From assembly GCA_046757025.1 (NCBI GenBank), contig JBHHXN010000003.1, forward strand, positions 1-64,000: a stretch of 64,000 nt of DNA. Reading direction: 5' to 3'. The DNA comes from a bacterium (GTDB lineage: Bacteria > Zhuqueibacterota > Zhuqueibacteria > Oceanimicrobiales > Oceanimicrobiaceae). Both the position numbers and the translations under genes were made by a program. Shown here one piece after another: positions 48,101 to 58,012 of the stretch (position 1 is the stretch's first letter; each line of letters opens with the position of its first letter). The notes below the pieces were generated by a model. The model made no database searches. It worked only from the letters and a program-made list of their open reading frames with translations, and had not been told where the DNA came from.

Positions 48101-48144
48101 TGTTCTGGATTTCTCAGAGATTGTCTCTGACTATTTATTCATAA
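48101..48144 (+). repeat. Dispersed ~45-bp repeat, copy 1
   Basis: tgttctggatttctcagagat..ctctgact.tttatt.ataa recurs at 59584. Confidence 0.65.
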
Positions 48145-48180
48145 CAGCTGCGGATTTGATTTTAAGTAACAGCCCTATTT

Positions 48181-48300
48181 TACCCCTACGGGGTTCGCTC
48201 ACCAAGCGAAGCGATGTTTTGCACGAAATCACCCCATAGGGGTGGCATGTTTATAGTTCTGGGCCATCCCGAAAATCCAAAAACTCCCGACGGGTCGGGA
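48181..48300. repeat. CCCC..GGGG REP-like hairpin cluster
   Basis: acccctacggggt, accccataggggt-ggcatgtttatag and tcccgacgggtcggga. Confidence 0.55.
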
Positions 48301-48421
48301 TTAAATATCATGAGAACGCATTTATGGAAAAAAAGGGCATTTATCATTTTCAAATATTTTTGTCTAGAATTCCCTTTTTGATTAATCGGTTAAATATTTC
48401 AGCAGTTAACTCCTCAAAATC

Positions 48422-48457
48422 AAAAAAAATCCCCAGACACTTATGTCCAGGGATTTT
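48422..48457 (-). terminator. Terminator-like hairpin with no adjacent ORF
   Basis: aaaatccc..gac/gtc..gggatttt with a U-run on the minus strand. Confidence 0.55.
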
Positions 48458-48697
48458 CGAGGAGGAAGGTAGAAAAACAAGTATTTATTTTGTCTAATTT
48501 AATTTCTTTTCTATTCATATAACAATGGCTCGTCGCTTTTTCTTCCCTGTTTTTTATTTATGCTAAATAAAATATTCCTCTATTCTATTAAAGATTTTCC
48601 GTTTCGTTCCGATTAATATATCCAAAACCACCATAATAAATTGAAAGGAAATCTCTATTCCCGGTCAAGGATGACAAATTAAATTACACGGATGTTG

Positions 48698-48738
48698 AAA
48701 AAAAAGAAGCGACCTGAATTCAAGGTCGCTTTTTTTTT
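48698..48738. terminator. Bidirectional intrinsic terminator
   Basis: aagcgacct/aggtcgctt stem flanked by an A-run and a T-run. Confidence 0.8.
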
Positions 48739-48893
48739 GCCAATGTTTGACTTGTGTCTCTACCCGTAAGATCGGTTAGTTTATTGAATCCGTGCAAATA
48801 CCGCTGACAGCTCTGCTCGATGACTCCTGGTGAATGCCAAGGAGTTAATAGATTCATCGAAAGCTCATTCAACTATTCCCATCCCGAGCAATC

Positions 48894-49577
48894 TCAAGCA
48901 TCGATTATCTGCAGAAATTTCCCGCTATCCGACAAATCATGAAATAGATAATCCGGTTGCGAGGCCTGCAGGTGCTCGTAATTAAAAAGACCAGTGGCCA
49001 CCGCAATGCTTCTGGCACCAAACGGTCGGGCGCAGGCCACGTCCAGGGGCGTGTCTCCGATGATGAAAACATCTTTAAAGTCGATTTCCTCACCGATTTG
49101 TGCGGTTAATCTTTGCACGGCAAACCGCGGCAGCTCCGAACGCAGCTCGGCGTCGTCTGCGTATGCACCGAGTGTAAAAAAGTGCTGGAGATTAAAATGC
49201 TCCAATTTGATCCGCGCCCCTTCGCGCCAATTGCCGGTGAGCAAGCCCAGCTTGATATCGGCACGCGCACTCAACAGATTGAGCAGCTCCGGGACCCCGA
49301 GCTCAATGCGCTTGTTCTTGTGGGGTTTTTTGATTTCGATTTGTAAATTTGTGAAATAATGCTGCTTGAATTCCTGCTCAATTGTTTCCTGCCAGGACAA
49401 CTGATGAAAACGCAACGCATCTTTAAAAATAGCCCGATCCGTGCGACCGGCAAAATCGACTTTTTCAAGACCGTTGCTGCTGCCAAACAATTTCTCAAAA
49501 GCCAGTGTCATGGAGCGCCGGCCGGCGCCCGCGGTGTTGATGAGCGTTAAATCCACGTCAAAGAGAAGCAATTTCAT
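48894..49577 (-). CDS. HAD family hydrolase
   Basis: LFDVDLTL, AGRTD, LLTGN and IGDTPLD. Confidence 0.9.
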   Translation of the reverse strand: MKLLLFDVDLTLINTAGAGRRSMTLAFEKLFGSSNGLEKVDFAGRTDRAIFKDALRFHQLSWQETIEQEFKQHYFTNLQIEIKKPHKNKRIELGVPELLNLLSARADIKLGLLTGNWREGARIKLEHFNLQHFFTLGAYADDAELRSELPRFAVQRLTAQIGEEIDFKDVFIIGDTPLDVACARPFGARSIAVATGLFNYEHLQASQPDYLFHDLSDSGKFLQIIDA

Positions 49578-49716
49578 GGAAGCATTTCCTTCAGGTAAAT
49601 CAATTCGTTTAATAGAAGTTAAGCAATTTATTTAACAAAATCAAATTGCATTGCACAATCACAATATCTTGAAGTCTGGAATGAGTTTACAATCGCGTCG
49701 ATTTATGCCTGAATCA

Positions 49717-50919
49717 TCAACAATGGCCGTTGGCCATTTTCACAGCCTGCGGTAGTTTTCTCAGGCGTGCCATGGCCAGACTACCCATGAACGGGCCCAA
49801 ACTCAGCATGCCAAATGCCAGCGGCCACCCGCCCGCATTTTGAAAGAGCGGGACCAGCCGAATGGACAGCATGGTCAGCAAAAAACCGATGCTGGTTTGC
49901 AGTGTCAGCACCGTGCCCATGAACTGCGGTTCGCACAGCTCCGAGGCCGCTGCGGAAAATTGCGCCGAATCTGCCACCACCGTCACCCCCCACACCAAAC
50001 AAACCGCCAGAATCAGCAGCGGATGGCCTGCGGGTAAAAATCCCACCAGCAAACAGCACAAACCACTCGTCGTCATGGCGGAGATGGTAGAGCGGCTGCG
50101 GCCGATTTTATCGGCCCAGAGGCCGTACATCACACAGCCGAGGGCGCCGGAAGCAATGACCATAAACGCCCAGAAGCCAGGCGACCACCGCGCCAGGAAC
50201 GAATTCGAGACCTGCAATTCCAGCAAAAAAAGAGGAATCCAGGTCCACATGGCGTAAAGCTCCCACATGTGCCCGAAATAGCCAAAGTACGCCAGCCGAA
50301 GGGGGCGGTCTTTAAACACAGTGAGAAAATATTGGAAATTGAACTTTTGAGCGGGCAGGTTGTACGGGCCATCTGCCACAAAGAGCAGCACGATAAAAGC
50401 CGCCGCTGCCGACAAGATCGAGCTCACCAGAATAGTGGACTGCCACCGATGCTGCAAAAACGATCCCACCAGATGCGGCAGGGCCGAACCGATGGTGAGC
50501 GCCGCGATGAGCGAGCCGATGGCCACGCCCCGACCCTGCTTAAACCAGCCGGCGATGATCTTCATGCCCGGCGGATACACCCCGGCCAGGAAAACACCGG
50601 TGAGAAAACGCAGCAACAGCGCCATCCAGAAAACGCCCGGCAGCCAGGCAAAAACCGCGTTCATCGCTGCCGATGCCAGTGCCGAGATAAAAAATAATCG
50701 CCGGGTATTGAAAACATCGGCTAAATTGGCCACCGCTATTACCAGCGTGCCGAAAACAAATCCCAATTGCACCGCCATCATCAGCCAGGCGATCTGACCA
50801 TCGGTCAAACTCCATGCCAGTTTTAACACCGGACTCACTGCCGCTGCACTAAACCACACTGTCATGGCCAGCAATTCAGCGCCGCTCAAAAGGAGTAACA
50901 TTTTCCAGGCTCGAGACAC
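49717..50919 (-). CDS. MFS transporter
   Basis: About 12 hydrophobic segments, AGVYPPGMK, GYFGHMWELYAMW and G.WADKIGR. Confidence 0.92.
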   Translation of the reverse strand: MSRAWKMLLLLSGAELLAMTVWFSAAAVSPVLKLAWSLTDGQIAWLMMAVQLGFVFGTLVIAVANLADVFNTRRLFFISALASAAMNAVFAWLPGVFWMALLLRFLTGVFLAGVYPPGMKIIAGWFKQGRGVAIGSLIAALTIGSALPHLVGSFLQHRWQSTILVSSILSAAAAFIVLLFVADGPYNLPAQKFNFQYFLTVFKDRPLRLAYFGYFGHMWELYAMWTWIPLFLLELQVSNSFLARWSPGFWAFMVIASGALGCVMYGLWADKIGRSRSTISAMTTSGLCCLLVGFLPAGHPLLILAVCLVWGVTVVADSAQFSAAASELCEPQFMGTVLTLQTSIGFLLTMLSIRLVPLFQNAGGWPLAFGMLSLGPFMGSLAMARLRKLPQAVKMANGHC

Positions 50920-50967
50920 ACCAACTCCTTCTTAGTTAGTGGCTGAACGGATACTCATCAAACGCCC

Positions 50968-51067
50968 TGTCATTACGAGTCCCGCGTTTTGTGCGAGACG
51001 AAGCAATCTCCTGCCGTGCCTAATAAGATGGAGATTGCATTCCCGAAAATCGGGACTCATAATGACA
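50968..51067. repeat. GTCATT..GCAATCTC / GAGATTGC..AATGAC palindromic element
   Basis: tgtcattacgagtccc/gggactcataatgaca and gcaatctcc/ggagattgc. Confidence 0.7.
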
Positions 51068-51334
51068 TCATCCTCTTTGATTTCTTTCGTTTTCGCTCAA
51101 ACATTACTTATTTGTTTAAAAACAAGACAACTGATTTTATCGCGCGAACATTCCGACCTCCCACTTCCCCTTTTCTACAACGCTTGTGCGTAAAAATTGA
51201 GATCATCCCAGCTCGCGATCGGCAAACAAAAAAAGCGCTCACTCGCATCTCACCCGAGCGACCGCTTAAAACTCATTTTTAAATGCGAAAAATTAATCTT
51301 GCATCAGATCAAAAAAACCCTCACCCCAAACAGG

Positions 51335-51679
51335 TCAGAAGCCTTTCAATGCATCGGATTCGCTGTGGAAATGCTTCATGTATTTGGTCAATCCAACCAT
51401 ATCGAAAATTTTCTGGAAATGCTCGGTGAGACCCCAGGTGCGAATAGTCTGTCCTTTTTTTCGGCTTTGAGTCAGAATGCCGATAATGATGGCCATGCCT
51501 GCGCTGTTTATGTAGGAGACCTTTTCAAAATTTAATCCGATTTTAATCATTCCGTCGGCGGTGAATTTTTCATAGGCGTCCTGGAGAACTTTTTCAGAAA
51601 AACTGGTTACTTCACCGCTGATATCGATTATGCCAATTTTTTTTATCACCCGTGTTTCCACTTGCGTGGACTGCTGCAT
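51335..51679 (-). CDS. STAS-domain anti-sigma-factor antagonist
   Basis: IIDISGEV..LNFEKVSYINSAGM (phosphorylatable Ser motif). Confidence 0.9.
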   Translation of the reverse strand: MQQSTQVETRVIKKIGIIDISGEVTSFSEKVLQDAYEKFTADGMIKIGLNFEKVSYINSAGMAIIIGILTQSRKKGQTIRTWGLTEHFQKIFDMVGLTKYMKHFHSESDALKGF

Positions 51680-51755
51680 AAAATCCTCCAGATATTTTTA
51701 CTCGTTTGTTTTAATGCCTTTAAATAACAAAATTATATTCAATTAATCAACTCAA

Positions 51756-52673
51756 TTATGCTTTGTTGGAAATAAATAATCCATTCAGCCAAACTGCCGC
51801 CATGCGAAAGATGGCGGTTAAAAAAAATAACCCACCAAAAAGTGCCTTCCAAACGCCCGCCATCTTCCCTTTTTTGTGTTTTTTAAAATAGTCGTAAAAG
51901 GAGCGGTGGGACGACCAGATCATTTTCAAACGATGCTGCTGAACACTCACTCCCTGATGATGAATGACTTTCGCGGCGGGCTCGAAAAGGATATCGATGC
52001 CTTGGGACTTTACCCGCAGACACCAGTCCACGTCGCTAAAAAATATGGGAAATTGTTCATCCCACAAACCCGTACTCTCTAAAACCTCCCGCCGAAACAT
52101 CAAACAAGCCCCCTGCGGCTGGTCCACGCTTTTGGTTTGCCGGTGATCAAAGTCTGCCATCTTCCAGCGATTGAAGACGTCGTTTTGCTGAAACAGATAA
52201 CTCAAGCCGGCGATCTCGAACAACACATCACGGTAGCCGGGAAAGCGGCGGCAAGAGGGCTGCACCGTGCCGTCCGGGTTCACCAATTGGGGCGCCACCA
52301 CGCCCACGTTCGGCTCTCTCTCTAAAGCGGATTTTAACGTGTGCAAACAACTCGGTTGCACTTCTGTGTCAGGATTTAAAACGAGAATGAACCGGCCCGA
52401 ACACTTTTTCAGTCCCTGATTCAGCGCACGAGTGAATCCTAGATTTTTTTCATTCAACTGGATGCTGCCCGAAAAATTCGGATTTTGTATTTGAAGCCAA
52501 ATTTCCTGAATAATTTTTCGGGTGTGATCCTGAGAGTGGTTATCCACCAGAAAAATTTCATGTTGGTATTCCGCAATTTCGCCAGCCAGAGCCAGCAAGC
52601 ACGCGGTGATTTGTTTTTCATTGCAGTACGTAACGATAACCACCGACAGCTCGACAGTACTTTCACTCGACAC
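51756..52673 (-). CDS. Glycosyltransferase family 2 (rhamnosyltransferase-like)
   Basis: VDNHSQD, NLGF..A.NQG, LNPD, GACLM and SDVDWC. Confidence 0.9.
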   Translation of the reverse strand: MSSESTVELSVVIVTYCNEKQITACLLALAGEIAEYQHEIFLVDNHSQDHTRKIIQEIWLQIQNPNFSGSIQLNEKNLGFTRALNQGLKKCSGRFILVLNPDTEVQPSCLHTLKSALEREPNVGVVAPQLVNPDGTVQPSCRRFPGYRDVLFEIAGLSYLFQQNDVFNRWKMADFDHRQTKSVDQPQGACLMFRREVLESTGLWDEQFPIFFSDVDWCLRVKSQGIDILFEPAAKVIHHQGVSVQQHRLKMIWSSHRSFYDYFKKHKKGKMAGVWKALFGGLFFLTAIFRMAAVWLNGLFISNKA

Positions 52674-53733
52674 AAACCAGCTCCCGTGAAATGGGGGTTA
52701 AATTTTCCACGCCATGGGCGGTGACCACAAAATCGTCCTCCACACGTACGCCACCAAGGTTGGGCAAATAGATGCCGGGCTCCAGAGCCAGAACCTGCCC
52801 AGCCTGCACGACATCCGTGCTGCGCTCGCCGATACGCGGTAACGCATGCAGTTCCAGGCCCAGCCCATGTCCCAGAGAGTGTTGAAAGCCGTCTCCGAAA
52901 CCCGCTTGTTCGATAAATTCTCGAGCCACGAAATCCAAATCTTTCCCAATCATTCCCGCATGCACGGCGTTTTGTGCTTCGAATAATGCTTCTGTCACAA
53001 TCCGCGCCATTTCCGCCTGCGTGCTGGTGGGTTTCCCCAACACGCAGGTACGCGTGAAATCCGCTACGTAACCGTTCACCTGGGCGCCAAAATCCACGAT
53101 GACCAATTCGCCTGCCTGCATTTTTTTGTCAGATGCCTGGGCATGTGGCATGGCCGATCGCGGGCCGCTGGCCACGATGGGTGCGAAGGGCTCCCTTTCG
53201 CAGCTACGTATTTTGGTTTTGTAGGAAATCTCAACCGCCAGCTCCACCTCCCGCAATCCCGGCCGCAGCAATTCCACAACTTCGTGCCAGACGTCGCAAA
53301 CAATTGAGGCCGCTTTTCGCAGGCTTTGTATTTCGCCAGCATCTTTCACGCTGGCGATTCGTTCGACGATTCGTTCGGATGCGATGAATTTAATTTGGGG
53401 AAATAATTTGGTGAGATTGGTGTAATGTTTCACCGGCAAATGCTCAGCTTCAAATCCGAGCCGGAAGCCGGTCTTTGGTTGCAACGTGGCCGGCAATTCA
53501 GAAAACAAATCGCGCGCCGCAACGAGGATCTCGGCGTCCTGCACCTCTGTTTGCACTTGTCGGCGATAGCGGCGGTCGGTCACCAAAAAACAAAGGTCGG
53601 ATGCAATCAAAGCGATAGCATTCGACCCCGTAAATCCAAACAAATATCTGATATTGACCAAAGAAGTGATGAGAAAGGCATGAAGGTTGAAATGCTGCAT
53701 GCGCTTTCTGACTTGCTCAATCCTTTGGCGCAT
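52663..53733 (-). CDS. Xaa-Pro aminopeptidase (M24)
   Basis: NIRYLFGFTGS, DFGA..GY.ADFTRT, HSLGHGLGLELH, EPGIY and GVRVED. Confidence 0.94.
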   Translation of the reverse strand: MRQRIEQVRKRMQHFNLHAFLITSLVNIRYLFGFTGSNAIALIASDLCFLVTDRRYRRQVQTEVQDAEILVAARDLFSELPATLQPKTGFRLGFEAEHLPVKHYTNLTKLFPQIKFIASERIVERIASVKDAGEIQSLRKAASIVCDVWHEVVELLRPGLREVELAVEISYKTKIRSCEREPFAPIVASGPRSAMPHAQASDKKMQAGELVIVDFGAQVNGYVADFTRTCVLGKPTSTQAEMARIVTEALFEAQNAVHAGMIGKDLDFVAREFIEQAGFGDGFQHSLGHGLGLELHALPRIGERSTDVVQAGQVLALEPGIYLPNLGGVRVEDDFVVTAHGVENLTPISRELVCVE

Positions 53734-54937
53734 CCCGGGATTCTTCTAACTTTTTTTTCAGGATCTCGATTTTTTGACTGTACACCTGATTGTCTGGATG
53801 TTTTTTCACCAACAATTCAAAGACTCCGATGGCTTTCGCATATTGTCCTTGAGCGGCGTAAATTTCACCCAGCGTGGGGGTGACGATCTTTTCCCGCACC
53901 GGTTTTTGCGGAGGTTCGGGTTCGATCAAATCTTCGTCGGCTTTTTCTTCAACAGACGGCGGCCGAAACGTGAAGGCGTCTGCCCCCGAAGGCTCAGCCA
54001 CAAAAGGCTTTTGAACTTCCGGCTCCTCAGGTTTAACTTCTCTCTGTGGTTCCTCAGAAAAAATATTGACAGCGGCGTCCTCCCGGGCAACCGGGGTTTC
54101 TGCTTCCGCAGCATTCTCCTGAAAGGGCTCCATTTCATCGAGATAGCTTTCGCGGTTTTGCTCCAGATCAGAAATAAACTCATCTAGCGACGACGCAGTT
54201 TCCTCGCCTTCCGGCGCGATTTCAAGCTCTTCTTTCACCACCTCGTCCCTGAAAATGTCATCCAGAATATCGGAAAATTCGTCGGCTTTGTCTTCGTCTA
54301 TGTCCGGAGTTGGAGGCGCTGGCAAATCGATTTCAAAAGGTTCGGGCTCCATCTCCGCTTTGCTTTCTACTTCTTTTACATGAAGGTCCCTTCCCTCTTG
54401 CTCTTCTTGCGGTTCCACTTCCACTTCGGGTATGGCCGCCATGGGTTCGATAGCGTCGAAATCGATCTCGGCGGTGTCGGTGGAGGGCGCTACTCCGTGC
54501 GTTTCCTCTTCTTCGGTCGGGCTGCGCAGAAAGTGGTCACCCACGCGACTGCGCGCCACTTCATCCAGCGGATCGATTTCGAGAATTTTTTTGTAGCTCA
54601 TTTCACAGGTGTTTTCCCAACCGATTTCTTCCATCAAATCGCCGTACAATTTGTGCGCGGAGAGATATTTGGGATCGAAACGCAGAACGCGCTTGAATTC
54701 CTGCTCCGCCTGGTCGAACAGTTTGTTGGCCAGATAGCATTTCCCCAGCACCAAGTGCCCGGTCACGTAGTAAGGGTGCTTTTTGATGCCCTCTTCACAA
54801 ATTTGAATGGCCTGCTCAACCTTTTGTTTTTTTAAGTAGATATCGGCCAGGCGTGCAAATAATATAGAATCGGGATGCTTTTGCAAATGCTCCTCAAAAA
54901 ATTGCATATCGTTGTCAATATCCTTTGACATGTTCAC
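53717..54937 (-). CDS. Tetratricopeptide repeat protein with long acidic linker
   Basis: N-terminal TPRs (FARLADIY..), a Glu/Asp/Pro-rich middle and C-terminal TPTLGEIYAAQGQYAKAI. Confidence 0.85.
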   Translation of the reverse strand: MNMSKDIDNDMQFFEEHLQKHPDSILFARLADIYLKKQKVEQAIQICEEGIKKHPYYVTGHLVLGKCYLANKLFDQAEQEFKRVLRFDPKYLSAHKLYGDLMEEIGWENTCEMSYKKILEIDPLDEVARSRVGDHFLRSPTEEEETHGVAPSTDTAEIDFDAIEPMAAIPEVEVEPQEEQEGRDLHVKEVESKAEMEPEPFEIDLPAPPTPDIDEDKADEFSDILDDIFRDEVVKEELEIAPEGEETASSLDEFISDLEQNRESYLDEMEPFQENAAEAETPVAREDAAVNIFSEEPQREVKPEEPEVQKPFVAEPSGADAFTFRPPSVEEKADEDLIEPEPPQKPVREKIVTPTLGEIYAAQGQYAKAIGVFELLVKKHPDNQVYSQKIEILKKKLEESRDAPKD

Positions 54938-54961
54938 TCAATCCAACTATGATTACAAAAT

Positions 54962-55144
54962 GATAGGCAGCACAGGACATTCGGTCCTTCACACAGCCTT
55001 CGTCTCTCTGCCCCATTTGAATTGCAAATCCCTTTTCCTTTCACTCTGAGGAATGGCCGCATGCTGAACTAAGGCCGAAAATGGATTCCATCGAAGGTTG
55101 CGTTACCGGAACCTGAATACTGTCTGAACCGCTCCTTTTTACGT
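54962..55144 (-). ncRNA. Unassigned structured RNA or long structured 5' leader
   Basis: Long irregular rod (for example 54991-55002 pairs with 55092-55103, and 55013-55018 with 55079-55084). G-U pairs favour the minus strand, and a promoter lies immediately upstream. Confidence 0.5.
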
Positions 55145-55150
55145 AGCGTA

Positions 55151-55179
55151 AATTTAAGAAAATTATACTCCAGACGCAA
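55151..55179 (-). promoter_or_regulatory. Sigma-70-like promoter
   Basis: TTGCGT-N17-TAAATT. Confidence 0.55.
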
Positions 55180-55188
55180 GAATTTTCT

Positions 55189-55722
55189 TTACCAGCCAGA
55201 AACGGTTTTATTTAAGATTTCGTTGGTGATTTTGGTCACGGCTTCGTTGATGCCGTTTTCCCGGCTCTGTGCTCCTTCGTCGGGGTTAAACGTACCCCAC
55301 TGCGTAATCTCCTCCTCCCACAGAACTTTGCGTTTCACGAGGTCTTCATACCGCACCCGTACGGTGATGAACACCTGGATGTCCTGAACTTTTTCATCGC
55401 TGGTAAACGCGCCGGCTCGGTCTACCACCTGCACCACCGTCCCTTCGATGAGGGAATCCGCGTTACGTCGGTCGGTGATGCGCAGCGTATTATCTCGCGT
55501 AAATTCGTTAATCACTTCCTGGGTGAGTTTTTCTTTGATGCCGAATTCCGCGGTCTGGTCTTGAAAAACGGGGATGGCCACGGTTTTAATGTGCGTGGCG
55601 CCCGAGCTAGAAAAAGAATACGGCCCGCAGGCCGGGCTCACCCACAAAAATAAACACAACGCTAAACAAATACCGGCTTGCAGTTGAAATAATTCAGATC
55701 GAATTTTAGTAAGGTAAATCAT
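55189..55722 (-). CDS. LptE family lipoprotein
   Basis: SPAC-GPYSFS lipobox, IKTVAIPVFQDQT, ADSLIEG and terminal W. Start moved to ATG 55722. Confidence 0.8.
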   Translation of the reverse strand: MIYLTKIRSELFQLQAGICLALCLFLWVSPACGPYSFSSSGATHIKTVAIPVFQDQTAEFGIKEKLTQEVINEFTRDNTLRITDRRNADSLIEGTVVQVVDRAGAFTSDEKVQDIQVFITVRVRYEDLVKRKVLWEEEITQWGTFNPDEGAQSRENGINEAVTKITNEILNKTVSGW

Positions 55723-56857
55723 ACTCTTTGATTTTTCGATAAAGGGTTCTTTCACTAATTCCAAGCGACTTTGCCGCCTTGCGCTTACTGCCGTTAAATT
55801 TTTCGAGCGCACGGTTGACCATAAATCGTTCCAGCTCTTCCAGGGTTTTGTTTTCAAAGGAAAAGTCGTCAGGGTTTGCGGGCTCCCCGATAATTTCTCC
55901 TGCACGCGGCGACACTTCTGAATACACGGGCAGCGATTTCGGTCGATTTTCCCGAAACACCAGCTGATAGAGATCATCCCGTAATTTTGAAATTTCCGCT
56001 TTCAAATCGAGCAAGGCGTGGTAGATAAATTCACGTTCGACCTGCTCAGAGGTTCGGTGCGTCGGTACCGGCAAATTGCGGTCGGGCTGGAGAGCGGGTT
56101 TCAAATATTTTGAAAGTGCGTACTCATCAACCTGGTTGCCTTTTTCCAGGACGATGATGCTTTCAACAAAATTCTTCAACTCTCGGACGTTGCCCGGCCA
56201 GTTGTGATGTTCCATTATTCGTAAAGCTGACTCGCCGAAGCCTTGAAATTCGATATGATTTTGTTTGCAGAAATCGTTTGCGAAAGTCTCGATGAACAAG
56301 CGAATATCCTCGCGCCGTTCGCGCAAAGGCGCCACCACGATGCCCACCGCATTCAGACGATAAAACAAGTCTTCACGAAATTCGCCGTTGCGCACGGCCT
56401 TCTCGAGATTTTTGTTGGTAGCCGCAATGACACGCACATCCACTTTCTGGACGGTGCTGGCGCCCACCCGCATGAACTCCTGTCCCTCCAGCACGCGCAG
56501 CAATTTGACCTGGGTGCTCAACGGCATTTCCCCGATTTCGTCTAAAAAAATCGTGCCGGTGTCAGCCAGCTCAAAATAACCCTTGCGTGCGCCAACAGCC
56601 CCGGTGAACGCGCCTTTTTCATGACCGAACAGCTCCGATTCCAGAATGCCCTCCGGAATGGCGCCGCAATTTACGATCACCAGCGGTCGGTCTTTTCGCC
56701 GGCTCTGAGCATGGATGGCTTTGGCCACCAGCTCTTTGCCGGTGCCGCTTTCGCCCATGATCAGTACCGAAATATCCGTGGGCGCCACCTGTTTGATGTT
56801 TTCCAGTACCTGGCGCGTTGCAGATGAATAGCCGATTATGCCATAATTTTCATTCAT
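55706..56857 (-). CDS. Sigma-54-dependent Fis-family transcriptional regulator with no N-terminal sensory domain
   Basis: GESGTGKE, ESELFGHEKGAFTGA, FLDEIG, WPGNVREL and a C-terminal HTH. Confidence 0.95.
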   Translation of the reverse strand: MNENYGIIGYSSATRQVLENIKQVAPTDISVLIMGESGTGKELVAKAIHAQSRRKDRPLVIVNCGAIPEGILESELFGHEKGAFTGAVGARKGYFELADTGTIFLDEIGEMPLSTQVKLLRVLEGQEFMRVGASTVQKVDVRVIAATNKNLEKAVRNGEFREDLFYRLNAVGIVVAPLRERREDIRLFIETFANDFCKQNHIEFQGFGESALRIMEHHNWPGNVRELKNFVESIIVLEKGNQVDEYALSKYLKPALQPDRNLPVPTHRTSEQVEREFIYHALLDLKAEISKLRDDLYQLVFRENRPKSLPVYSEVSPRAGEIIGEPANPDDFSFENKTLEELERFMVNRALEKFNGSKRKAAKSLGISERTLYRKIKEYDLPY

Positions 56858-57008
56858 TGTAAATTAACACCAGCATAAATGACTCTGTTGATTAAGTCCA
56901 TTTTTCAATCAATCTTCATGCTGAGCGGAGTCGAAGTATGAATAAAAAACAACAGGTTACAGCCATTCCAACAGGTCATTCGTATTATAAATCAGGTTTC
57001 CGTTTAAC

Positions 57009-57929
57009 TTAATTTTCATTTCTAAAAAATTCCACCGTCTTTTGCAAACCGGCGTTGAGATCGACTTCCGCTTTCCAGCCCAGCAGGTCTTCTGCTTTTT
57101 TACACAAAATGCAGCTTCGCAGCTGCTCGCCGGCTTTTTCGGGACCGTGAAACTCTTCTTTGCCAGCGTCGGTGAATCGATTCAACAGATGAAACAGCTC
57201 GTTCACATCCGTTTCCACGCTGGTTCCAACGTTGAACACGTCGCTGCGATCATGAGCCAACGCCATCACGTTGATCCTAACCAGATCGCCCACGTACACA
57301 TAATCCCGGGTTTGTTTGCCGCTGCCGTTGATGGTGGGCTGTTCGCCGTTGAGCAAAAGCTTGCTGAAAATCGCCACCACGCCGGCCTCGCCATGGGGAC
57401 TTTGCCGCGGGCCGTACACATTGGAATAACGAAATATCACGTGCGGTAAATTAAAAACTTCCTTGTAATAAAACAAATATTTTTCACAGGTCAGTTTGGT
57501 GATGCCGTAAGGCGAAATCGGCCAGGTGGGATGTGTTTCATCCGCGGGGAAATATTCCTGTTCGCCGTAAACCGCACCGCCGGTGGATGAAAAGATAAAT
57601 TTGCTGATTTTGTGTTTCACACTGCTCTGCAGTAAATTGATGGTGCCGAGGACGTTCACCTGGGCGTCAAATGCCGGATCCGCCACGGAACGCCGCACAT
57701 CCATTTGAGCGGCGTGGTGATTCACCACATCGAATTGATTTTGCGCAAACAAATCATCTACCTTCTCATCCCGAATATCCATCTTGTAAAATTTGGCCTT
57801 CGGGTTGATATTCTCCTCTTTTCCGCTCGACAGGTTGTCGATCACCACCACTTCGTGACCCTGATCAACATACGCATCGACGATGTGTGAAGCGATAAAA
57901 CCCGCTCCGCCGGTCACTAAAATTTTCAT
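57009..57929 (-). CDS. NAD-dependent epimerase (UDP-glucose 4-epimerase-like)
   Basis: TGGAGFIASH, SSTGGAVYG, YGITK and NVYGPRQ. Confidence 0.92.
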   Translation of the reverse strand: MKILVTGGAGFIASHIVDAYVDQGHEVVVIDNLSSGKEENINPKAKFYKMDIRDEKVDDLFAQNQFDVVNHHAAQMDVRRSVADPAFDAQVNVLGTINLLQSSVKHKISKFIFSSTGGAVYGEQEYFPADETHPTWPISPYGITKLTCEKYLFYYKEVFNLPHVIFRYSNVYGPRQSPHGEAGVVAIFSKLLLNGEQPTINGSGKQTRDYVYVGDLVRINVMALAHDRSDVFNVGTSVETDVNELFHLLNRFTDAGKEEFHGPEKAGEQLRSCILCKKAEDLLGWKAEVDLNAGLQKTVEFFRNEN

Positions 57930-58012
57930 CTGGACATCCCTTTCATTTTCAGGTGAATAATTTCTGCGTTCATGCAGATTCTCTTTAATTTAACCAGTTA
58001 CCTTTTTTCATT

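Noticed and set aside
48040..48893. c-di-AMP riboswitch upstream of the amidase
   Set aside because: The conserved GCTGAAT..GGAAC..GGGG elements were not found on the minus strand.
55723..55977. Extended N-termini proposed by the ORF track (LptE from 55977, also 14284, 19551, 23345, 24032, 5474)
   Set aside because: They overlap neighbouring genes, promoters or terminators. Downstream starts fit the RBS and signal-peptide positions better.
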